DNA of 33,597 nt from Reclinomonas americana ATCC 50394 (Eukaryota), in assembly GCA_048213135.1 (NCBI GenBank), contig PS015018.1, positions 96,166 through 129,762 of the forward strand. The letters run 5' to 3'. Below, one piece after another: positions 13,178 through 23,253 of this stretch. Both the position numbers and the translations under genes were made by a program. The notes under the pieces were generated by a model. It worked only from the letters and a program-made list of their open reading frames with translations. It searched no databases and was not told the origin of the DNA. Each line of letters opens with the position of its first letter. Positions within the stretch are counted from its first letter, which is position 1.

Positions 13178-13248
13178 GCAAACAAAGTGACAACGGAAGT
13201 CGACCAATTGGAGAGGTGGGGGTTTGCTTCACTTTTGCACTTCATACG

Positions 13249-15152
13249 ATGCCTCGCGCCGACGAAGAAGAGGAAGAGGAGGAGGAGGATATGTTCTCCA
13301 TGAAGAGGCCCTCTGGGCGACAGCATGTCGTTGGTGAGTGCAATAACGCGACGGAAGTTGTCTTCTTCTTCTTCTTCCTGCTGGTGGCCAACATCGCAAG
13401 TTGCATGCAGTGCGTGTGGTGGACATAACAGCGGACGACGACGACGACGCTGCTAGTCCACTGGCGCGTGACATAATGGCACCCGTGCAGCGCGTGTCAG
13501 CTCGAGAGCGAGTTGCGATGCTACACACACACGCATTCTCGCTCATTCACACACTCGCTCTCACGTTACGTGCAGGAGGAGCGACAGCGCAAGGCGATAC
13601 TCAACATGCAGTTGAATACGACACCCGATGTGCAAGAGATCACTAGCAGTGGATTGTCGTCGTCGGGCGATGCCGACAATGATGATGATGATGATGGTGG
13701 TGGTGATTATGGTGAGAAGGCCGATCGTCTCGTGTCGGCAGAGGTCGCCGAGGCAAACTACAATGCGACTCGGTACAACAAGAGGTGCGGCATAGAGATG
13801 TGGTGCACGGGTGGTTCGCTGCCGTCTCATTTTTTCGAGTTTGCACTGGGCAGATTGCAGCCGTCGCCGGCCTCCAGTTCCTTGACGTTGCGTGTGAAAG
13901 AGAGAGAGAGAGAGAGAGAGAAAGGGAGGCCCAGTGTGCTTTGCTCACTGGTGAGTGGGCGACTAGTGTGATGAAGGAACGCGCGCGGATCATGAAGCAA
14001 CAGCGTGCAATGGGGCCGGTGGAGGAGATCACGCCGTTGACACTGACTGTGCTGCCGTCGACCAACTTCAGCCGGCAGATGATAATATCAGCGGGGCGCA
14101 GTGTGCCTCCCGTCAGCGCCATCACGGCTACGACAACCACCACCACCACCACCAAATCAGCACCGCCTGTGAAACCCGAGTCCAGTGCCAGTGCCCCAAC
14201 ACCCCTGCAGAAGCACGCGATACCATCGGCACCCATACGAACTGCGCCACCAGCACCACCAGCACCACCGACACCACCAGCACCGCAAGTATTGCAAGCA
14301 CCGCGACCCGCCCCGACGCCGGCACCGACACCGACGCCGGCACCGACACCGACGCCGACACCAACCCCGGCGCCGGCGCCGGTCGCTGCGCAGCAGGAGG
14401 GCCCACGTATCCTGCTGCAGTTCCGCGGTCAGTCGGGAGCGCCAGTGAAACTCGAGTGCCCACTGAGAAGACCATTGGTGTCCATGTTGCCGACGGTGTG
14501 CGCGGCGCTCGCCTTGGACCCTGCCTCTGCCAAGTGTGCGTGCCATTCAAACTTGGCCTCTCCTGCCCTGCTCATTTTCTCAACTCTCGTTCTGCAGTAC
14601 TGTTTGACGGGGCGGTTGTGGGTGCTGCCGAGACGCCAGAGTCGCTGGACATGGAAGTGGAAAACCTGGTGGATGTACGAGGCAAGCCGACGGGCGCGCC
14701 GCCCACGGTCGCCGCCGTGGCACCGCAACCAGAGCCCATCGGCTCCGCCGACGTCACAGTTCACGTCGCGTTGGAGGTGCAGTCAAATGTGCCTGTCGTT
14801 CCCGCCGCTGCCGACGTGCTCACGTTTCACATGCGCGCGGTGAGTCGTGCCATTCATTCTGTTGGTTCTCTCCTGTGTTCTGACCCATCAGCCCCGCATC
14901 GCCAGAATCAACCATTATCTTCAATCGTCACTGCTCTGGTCAAAATATTCGGCGTGACACCCTACGATGTCAGCTGTTGCGTCTCGCTACAAGCGTGCTC
15001 GTCTCACGAGATCGGCGTTGCTCAACATACGTGTGTGTGTGTGCAATGTAGTGTCACATGCAGAACACGGGCCGCTGATCGTCAAGCAGACTCCCGAGAG
15101 ATACCGATTCACCCGGGACACCCGAATCACCGCATACATGGCAGCAAAATGA
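13249..15152 (+). CDS. Rad60/Esc2/NIP45 (RENi)-like protein with two C-terminal SUMO-like domains; about 6 introns
   Basis: Acidic N-terminus, Pro/Thr linker, LLFDGAVVGAAETPESLDMEVENLVDV (Rad60-SLD-like) and a second ubiquitin-fold-like unit ending TPERYRFTRDTRITAY. Confidence 0.7.
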
Positions 15153-15224
15153 GCGAGGCGGTGGTGGTGGTGGCGACAGCGGCAGATCTGCAATGCAATC
15201 TTGCTGTCTCAATCCCTTCCATCA

Positions 15225-16190
15225 TTAGTAGTCGTGGTAGAGAAGCTCACGCAGGTACGCCTCACGCGCTTTCTCTCGCTGCCACAAGCGCTCCCTGTCG
15301 CGCTTATTCGGTACGCGAGCCTGAGCCTTGGCGGCGGCGGCATCGGCGGCCACCTTGGCCGCCGTCCGACGACCCTGTGCCACCTCCTGCTCCTGCGACA
15401 CCTGGCGCACCATCTTCTCCGTGTGCGCCGAGCGGAAATGTGTTACACGCGCCGGTTGTTGCAGCGTTGCACGATGTCCGAGTCCCAGCCGGTCGTTCTT
15501 GAAGCGAGTCTTGACGGGCTCCACAACCCCCTGCTCGCGCGCACCGAGTCCGCCCTCGCCGTCCCATCCGATGCGGTGCAGCATGCTGTATCCACGGCCG
15601 CTTACGCCAAAGTGCCGAGCGGGCGGCTTGTCTGTGCTCCCACGAAGAAGAATAGCAGCGCGTGAGAAAGAAACAGAGAGAGCGCAAGCGAGGGTGTGGA
15701 GTTGGGGGCACAGACCTTGATTGACGGAAAACAAGTGGAGGATGCTCCTCTCGTGGCCCGAACGCGCCTCCGCGGCTACCCCCACGTTGCACACCTCGCA
15801 GCGCCAAGTCTGTTGCACACTGGTCGTCGTCGTTGTCGCGATCGCCGTCGACTCCTTCTCGTCCACTCTCTTCTTGCTTGACACGAGCTCGTCGTACAAC
15901 TCGCGCGACGACTGCACTCGCCTCCTCTTCTTCTTCTTCTTCTCCAGCTGCTCCTCGTCTTCTTCCTCCCCGCCACTGCCGCTGTCCCCATCATCATCGC
16001 CACCACGTTCTCTCTTTCTGCTCCCGGCGGTCGAGTTAGAAAATGACTCGCCGGTATGAAATCGGGCGCTCTCGTCGACAGCTCCCACAAAACTCGTCGC
16101 TCGCACCGCGGCATAATGCTCGGCACGACGCAGCGACGACTCGGTGTTGCGCGCTCGGGCACGTTCGCGGGTGACCTCCACGCTCTCCAT
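15225..16190 (-). CDS. G-patch domain protein with a C2H2-like finger (resembles the GPANK1 C-terminal half); at least 1 intron
   Basis: WRCEVC...HERSILH followed by GYSMLHRIGWDGEGGLGAREQGVVEPVKTRFKNDRLGLG. 5' end uncertain. Confidence 0.8.
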   Translation of the reverse strand: MESVEVTRERARARNTESSLRRAEHYAAVRATSFVGAVDESARFHTGESFSNSTAGSRKRERGGDDDGDSGSGGEEEDEEQLEKKKKKRRRVQSSRELYDELVSSKKRVDEKESTAIATTTTTSVQQTWRCEVCNVGVAAEARSGHERSILHLFSVNQGLCPQLHTLACALSVSFSRAAILLRGSTDKPPARHFGVSGRGYSMLHRIGWDGEGGLGAREQGVVEPVKTRFKNDRLGLGHRATLQQPARVTHFRSAHTEKMVRQVSQEQEVAQGRRTAAKVAADAAAAKAQARVPNKRDRERLWQREKAREAYLRELLYHDY

Positions 16191-16296
16191 CGCCAGCCTG
16201 CAACAAATCGTTGTGTGGGACGCAGACCGACGTTGCCCCGCTGCGCCTGTCAAGACGACGTGAGCGATCGCGCACAGCCTTCACCATCGTCTCCGT

Positions 16297-17755
16297 TTAT
16301 TGACGTCTATTACGATATGCCGTCGCCGGGATCTCCCAGTTGTCGTCGAGTCCGGCGCGCTCCCTGGCTTGCGCCAACAGCAGCTGTGCAGCGTGGCCAG
16401 AGAAGTTGGCTGACACCATCTGCACGAGCTCCTGAAAGTGTTCGTCGTCCCACGTGTTGTTGCCGTGGAACGTGTACAAGTAGAGGATGGGCGCATCGAT
16501 CACCGCCAAGTCGTAATTCTCTTGCAGCTTGTCCAACGCCACCGTGTCTTCGCCGCGTGCATCCGACGAGTAACGTGTCATGTGCGACCGCAGACTCAGC
16601 AGCGTGCCTTCCCACACTCGGCGACATGCGACTGACACCGAGTGGACATCCAGAGTCGGGGCGTACAGCATAACTCGATGAAGCACGACACCGACCAGTG
16701 GGCGAGCGTCGGCGGAACGACTTCTCTGCAGCGTGCGCAGAACGTGGAGCTGCACGGTGATGCGGTCACGGTCGTACACATCGTCGTCGTCCCACTGCGT
16801 CACGTAGTCGCCGACGGCCTCACGAATCGCCAGGTTGCGCAAGTCGCCCAGTGTCGGCGCCTCGTTCCCCTCCACACCAATCAACCGCACGCCTGCTGCT
16901 TGCTGCTCCGCCGCGTCGCCCACCAGCTCCTCCAACCCAGCAGCGAGCTCTGCGACATGCTCGGTCTCCGTCACCACCAGCAGCTCACGCCGCGGATGTG
17001 TCTGCTGCATGAACATGTACACGGCGCGCATGGCCAAGCGGAGGCGCGCGCCGCCTCGTGTCACCATCAAGTACGACACCATCGGGACGTTCGACGAGGG
17101 TGGCGGCAGCGGCGTCGCCTCCACTGCCGGCTTCACCGAAGGTTCGAAGACCAGGTAACCGATGCCGGCGCTTTCTGCCCGCACTCCGAGGCCTGTGGTT
17201 GTGCAAACCGGTGAGCCAACAGTTCACCGCTGAGTTCCTGTGTTTCAAGCGTTGCATACCATCCTTTGCCACCAGCTGCAAGTGACGGGGAGCACGAAAC
17301 TGAGCACATGTACGCAGAGAGACAACATGCAACAGCAAGAGACGATGCGCTGCGAGAAGACTCACTCACCCACTCGCTCATTTCGTGGTCAGCTGGCGGA
17401 CACACCTCGTTGACTTGCTGCTGCGCGTGTATGTCTCTATCCAGTCGCCATATGCCGCGGCCGCCACGATACGTGAGATCATCGCCTCGCCGGTAGAGGA
17501 GTGTTTCTAGATCGCGTTCCTCCGGATAAGTGCATCGAAACACCAGCGTGCGGCCAGTGAGTGGGTCGACCTGACACCACCGCTGGCCGCACATCATGGG
17601 ATCGCGCGACTCCACTCTCGAGTCGTGGGGGCACACGCAACGTCGCCGCTGTCGCATCCACGAGCACAAATCACATTTGCATGAACAACAAACCAGTTGC
17701 GGCGCATGCATTGCAAGCCACAACAACAAGGAGATAACTCACACACACACACACA

Positions 17756-17796
<41 letters not shown>

Positions 17797-17987
17797 CTCA
17801 ATGTCCGCCGTGGCGACGAAGGAGGGATTGCGGTCTGCACGCATGCCGACATATGAGAATGTGTGCATCATTATAAATCTGCAGTTCAGTTTGCAGCGCG
17901 CAACCACACTCACCGTTGGCAGCCGCGGCTACGCATGCATGCAGCACCATGGCCCACACACAGCAGCAATTGCCACCACACACGCAT
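16297..17987 (-). CDS. GT2 glycosyltransferase copy 1; signal-peptide exon frameshifted (in-frame ATG at 17950), possible pseudogene
   Basis: VSYLMVTRGG, QTHPRRELLVV, LGDLRN, QWDDDD, WEGT, RGED and YTFHGNNTW. Exon structure is the same as copies 2-4. Confidence 0.85.
17738..17796. repeat. Compound (CA)n(CT)n(CA)n microsatellite in GT2 copy 1 intron 2
   Basis: Directly visible. Confidence 0.9.
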
Positions 17988-18076
17988 AGTCAATATTATT
18001 AATGTGTCCCTCGACGGACACATACTGCAAACGTCGGAGATAATAAGGTTGATTCGACTATCTATCTCGCCACCAT

Positions 18077-19634
18077 TTATTTACGTCTATGACGGTGTGC
18101 TGCTACCGGGATCTCCCAGTTGTCGTCGAGTCCCGCGCGCTCCTTGGCTTGCGCCAGCAGCAACTCTGCAGAGTGGCCGGTGAAACTGGTCGATGCTGCC
18201 TGCATATGATAGCGGAAGTGCGTGTCGTTCCACGTATTGTTGCCGTGGAAGGTGTACAAGTAGAGGATGGGCGCGTCAATCACCGCCAAATCGTACTTCT
18301 CTCGCAGCTTGTCCAACGCCGCAGTGTCTTCGCCGCGAGCATCCGACGAGTACAGCGTCATGTGCGACCGCAAGCACAATAGCGTGCCTTCCCACACTCG
18401 ACGATTCGTGACTGACACAGCGTCGACTTGAAGGACGGGGGAGTAGAGCAGAATTCGATGGAGAACGACACCGACCAGTGGCCGAGCGTCTGCGGGGCGT
18501 TCGCTCTGCAGCGTTCGCAGCGAACCAAGCTGCACGCTGATGCGGTCGCGGTCGTACACATCGTCATCGTCCCACTGCATCACGTAGTCGCCGACGGCCT
18601 CACGAATCGCCAGGTTGCGCAGGTCGCCGAGTGTCGGCGCCTCATTCCTCTCCACGCCAATCAACCGCACGCCTGCCGCTTGCTGCTCCGTCGCGTCGCC
18701 CACCAGCTCCTCCAACCCAGCAGCGAGCTCTGTGACATGCTCGGTCTCCGTCACCACCAGCAGCTCACGCCGTGGATGTGTCTGCTGCATGAACATGTAC
18801 ACGGCGCGCATGGCCATGCGCAGCCGCGCACCGCCTCGCGTCACCAGCAAGCACGACACCATCGGCACGTCAAGAGCGAGTGGCGGCAGTGGCGTCGCCT
18901 CCACTGCCGGCTTCACCTTCGGCTCGAGGATAATGTGACCGATGCCCTGCAACCCTGTGCACAGCAACAGAGTGAATCACAGAGAGAAGTGGATCAACAG
19001 CAACTGACATCCAGTCACACACCACCCTTTGCCACCAGCTGCAAGTGACATCGACGGCAAACTGAGCGCACACAAACACATGCAAGAACCGCTGCGACAA
19101 GTCCCACTCACCCACTCGCTCATGTCGTGCGCGACTGGTGGACACGCTTCGTTGACTTGCTGCTGTGCGTGCACGTCTCTTTCCAGCAGCCACGAGCCAC
19201 CGCTGTGCGTCAGATCTACGCCTCGTCGGTAGAAGTTTGTGTCGCTGTTTTGTGTGTACGTGCACCGAAACACGAGCGTGCGGCCAGTTTCCGGGTCCAC
19301 CTGGCACCATCGTCGGCCACACATCGTCATATCATGGAACACCGCTCCCGAGTAATCGGGGCACAAACAGCGTCGGCGCTGTCGCACGTGTTGGAGACGA
19401 AACAAACACATGCACATGCAAGACACACGAACTCTCTCCCTCTCCTCTCACCTCATTGTCTTGCATTGCAACAAAAGAGGGATTGCGGTCTGCGTGCATG
19501 ATAATGAGCACTGCAATTTGGTTTCGAAAGCAAACTCACCACACTCTCATCGTACCATTGGCAGCCGCGACTGCGATCGCATGCAACAGGGTGGCGGCGA
19601 CCACACACAGCAGCAAATGCCACCACAAAAGCAT
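18077..19634 (-). CDS. GT2 glycosyltransferase copy 2 (signal peptide/anchor, Cys-rich module, GT2 domain); 4 introns
   Basis: MLLWWHLLLCVVAATLLHAIAVAAAN leader, DRNPSFV exon, RRRCxCP exon, 16-nt microexon and a GT2 exon with QWDDDD. Confidence 0.9.
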
Positions 19635-19766
19635 GAGAAACCTTGGCTACACGCACGGAATGGGAACGAGTGATGAGGCAGGACTCGAAGTCGCGACGTA
19701 CGACACGGCGGTCTTTTCTCGTCGTCGCCACATACGCTACATGCACACTCACTGCTTCCAGCCCCT

Positions 19767-21401
19767 TTATTTACGTCTATTACGGTATGCCGTCGCCGGG
19801 ATCTCCCAGTTATCGTCGAGCCCGGCGCGCTCCTTGGCTTGCGCCAGCAGCAACTCTGCAGAGTGGCCGGTGAAGCTGACCGATGCGGCTGACCAGTGGT
19901 AGCGAAAGTGTGTGTCGTCCCACGTGTTGTCGCCGTGGAAGGTGTACATGTAGAGGATGGGCGCGTCGATCACCGCCAAGCCGTAGTCCTCCCGCAGCTT
20001 GTCCAATGCAGCCGAGTCTTCGCCACGCACATCCGACGAGTAGCGTGTTATGTGCGACCGCAAGCACAACAGCGTGCCTTCCCACACTCGACGATGCGTG
20101 ATCGACACAGCATCGACATGCAAGGCCGGGGCGTACGCGTACAACATCACCCGATGAAGCACGACACCGACAAGTGGCCGAGCGTTTGCGGAACGATCGC
20201 TCTGCAGCTTGCACAAATAGTGCAGCTGCACGGTGATGCGGTCGCGGTCGTACACATCATCGTCGTCCCACTGCGTCACGTAGTCGCCGACGGCCTCACG
20301 AATCGCCAGGTTGCGCAGGTCACCCAGCGTCGGCGCCTCATTCCTCTCGACACCGAGCAGCCGCACGCCTGCCGCTTCCTGCTCCGCCGCGTCGCCCACC
20401 AGCTCCTCCAGGGCTGCAGCGAGTTCGGCGGCGTTCTCCGTCTCCGTCACGACCAGCAGCTCGCGCCGCGGATGTGTCTGCTGCATAAACATGTGCACGG
20501 CGCGCATGGCCAAGCGGAGGCGCGCGCCGCCTCGTGTCACCATCAAGCACGACACCATCGGCACGTCAGACGTGAGTGGCAGCGGCGTCGGCTTTTTCGT
20601 CGGCTTCACTTTTGGCTCGAGGATAAAGTTACCGACGCCTTGCAACCCTGTGCACGTGCACAGCAACAGAGTGAATCACAGCAAAAAGTTGACCAGCAGC
20701 AACTGATACCTGTACAGTACGTACCACCCTTCGACACTAGCTGTTTGTGTGGGTGGTGCCAGTGCAATGCATCAGTGTGATGAAAGAAAACAAATGCGCG
20801 TGACACGAGCCGCTCACTCACTCACCCACTCGGTCATCTCCTGCTCCACTGGTGGACACACCTTGTCCACTAACTGCTGCGCGTGTATGACCTTGTCCAG
20901 CCGCCACGCGCCGCCAGAATGATTGGCACTCACATCCATCAAAGGAGCATGTCGCGCCCGTCGATGCCGGAAGCACCGAAACGCAAGAATGTGGCCAGAG
21001 TCAGGATCCACCTGGCACCACCGCTGGCCACACATGGTGGTATCATTTAGCCGCACCCCCAGGTAATCGGGGCACGTGCAGCGTCGTCGCTGCCGCACAC
21101 ATCAGCAAGAGTACAAGCAGGGTAAACACGAACAAACTGACTCACGCAAGCGTATGCACAAGACGAAGAGAGTGACACGCAACACAACACGAACACACAC
21201 GCACGCACACGTACCTCACTGTCTTGCGTGGTGACGAAGGAAGGGTTGCGGTCTGCGTGCATGCACACGATAACTATCGCAGTTTGGTTTCTCCCAACGT
21301 GGACTCACCGCACTCCCCATACCATTGGCAGCTGCGACCGCGCCCACATTCAGCAAGGTGGCGGCGACCACACACAGCAACAGATGCCACCACACACGCA
21401 T
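19767..21401 (-). CDS. GT2 glycosyltransferase copy 3; 4 introns
   Basis: MRVWWHLLLCVVAATLLNVGAVAAAN leader; same exons and GT2 motifs as copy 2. Confidence 0.9.
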
Positions 21402-21561
21402 GTGGGGAACACCACGAACACGGTCGAACACAGGAGTCGAAATGGCGGGAAATCGCAGGACTCTCAACCAGCGAAGTCGCGACGTAGACGAGGCGGTCTT
21501 TTCTCGTCATTGCTGCACGCAGCGCGCGCGCACACACACACTCTCACTGCATCCGACCCCT

Positions 21562-23157
21562 TTATTTACGTCTATCACGGTATGCCGTCGCCGGGATCTC
21601 CCAGTTATCGTCGAGCCCGGCGCGCTCCTTGGCTTGCGCCAGCAGCAACTCTGCAGAGTGGCCGGTGAAGCTGACCGATGCGGCTGACCAGTGGTAGCGA
21701 AAGTGTGTGTCGTCCCACGTGTTGTTGCCGTGGAAGGTGTACAAGTAGAGGATGGGCGCGTCAACTGCCGTCAAATCGTACTTCTCTCGCAGCTTGTTCA
21801 ATGCAGCCGAGTCTTCGCCGCGTGCATCCGACGAGTACAGCGCCATGTGCGACCGCAGGCACAGAAGCGTGCCCTCCCACACTCGACGATGTGTGATCGA
21901 CACAGCATCGGCATGCAGGGCCGGGGCGTACAACATCACCCGACTGAGCACGACACCGACCAGTGGCCGAGCGTCGGCGGGGCGTTCGCTCTGCAGCTTG
22001 CACAAATAGTGCAGCTGCACGGTGATGCGGTCGCGGTCGTACACATCATCGTCGTCCCACTGCATCACGTAGTCGCCGACGGCCTCACGAATCGCCAAGT
22101 TGCGCAGGTCACCAAGCGTCGGCGCCTCGTTCCTCTCCACGCCAATCAACCGCACGCCTGCCGCTTGCTGCTCCATCGCGTTGCCCACCAGCTCCTCCAA
22201 CCCAGCGGCGAGCTCTGCGACATGCTCGGTCTCCGTCACCACCAGCAGCTCACGCCGCGGATGTGTCTGCTGCATAAACATGTGCACGGCGCGCATGGCC
22301 AAACGCAGCCGCGCACCGCCTCGCGTCACCAGCAAGCACGACACCATCGGCACGTCAGATGTGAGTGGCGGCAGCGGCATCGGTTCCACTGCCGGGTTCA
22401 CCTTTGGCTCAAGAATGGTGTACGCAATATCCTCCAAGCCTGCACACATGGAAAAAGTTGACCACCAACAGCAACAGCAACAACAACAACAACCAGAACA
22501 TGCAATAGTGACTCAAGTTGCACGCGTACGCACCACCTTTCGTCACCAGCTGCAAGCGACAACGAGCGCGGACTGAGTACAGAGAGAGCACATGATGCGA
22601 CAACACATGCACCTACCCATTCGTGCATGCCGTGCGTGGCTGGGAGACACACCTTGTTCAGATGCTGTCGCGTATGAACGGCCTTATCCAGTCGCCACAA
22701 GCCACCGCTGTGCTGTGCGCTCACATCCAGCCGGTGCGTGTTACCCTCGTATTGACGCCGGGTGCACCAGAACACCAAAGTGTGGCCAGTGTCAGGATCC
22801 ACCTGGCACCATCGTTTACCACACAAGGTGGTTTCACTGGGCAGCAATCCCAAGTAATCGGGACACGTGCAGCGTCGTCGCTGCCGCGCAAATAGCAGCA
22901 TGTACAGATTCACGCAGTCAACAATCGAACTCTGTCTCTCTCTCTCTCGCACACAGATATGCCCACGCACCTCAGTCTCATGCGCGGTAACGAAGGATGG
23001 ATTGCGGTCTGCGCATGCATGCGTGCACACGATGATTATCGAAATTTGGTGCTCTCAAACCCACCACACTCCTCATACCATTGGCCGCTGCGACCGCGCA
23101 CACATGCAGCAAGATGGCGGCGACCACACACAGCAGCCAATGCCACCACATAAGCAT
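21562..23157 (-). CDS. GT2 glycosyltransferase copy 4; 4 introns
   Basis: MLMWWHWLLCVVAAILLHVCAVAAAN leader; same exons and GT2 motifs as copy 2. Confidence 0.9.
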
Positions 23158-23253
23158 TGGAAGTTGCACGCGCGAAATGGGCGCGAAAAATGATTAATTC
23201 ATGATTGGACGACACATCATCAACACGACGTCGTCGCCCCTTAATTACACACT

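Larger units (their letters stand above)
16297..23157 (-). repeat. Tandem array of four ~1.7-1.8 kb GT2 gene units
   Basis: Near-identical nucleotide blocks recur, e.g. ccgggatctcccagtt near 16326, 18106, 19796 and 21591. Confidence 0.95.

Noticed and set aside
14240-14385. Short tandem CCGACA/CCGGCA repeats
   Set aside because: Coding Pro-Thr/Pro-Ala linker of the SUMO-like protein.
16438-22576. Recurrent plus-strand ORFs antisense to the GT2 genes
   Set aside because: Shadow ORFs from GC-rich codon usage that recur only because the sense gene is duplicated.
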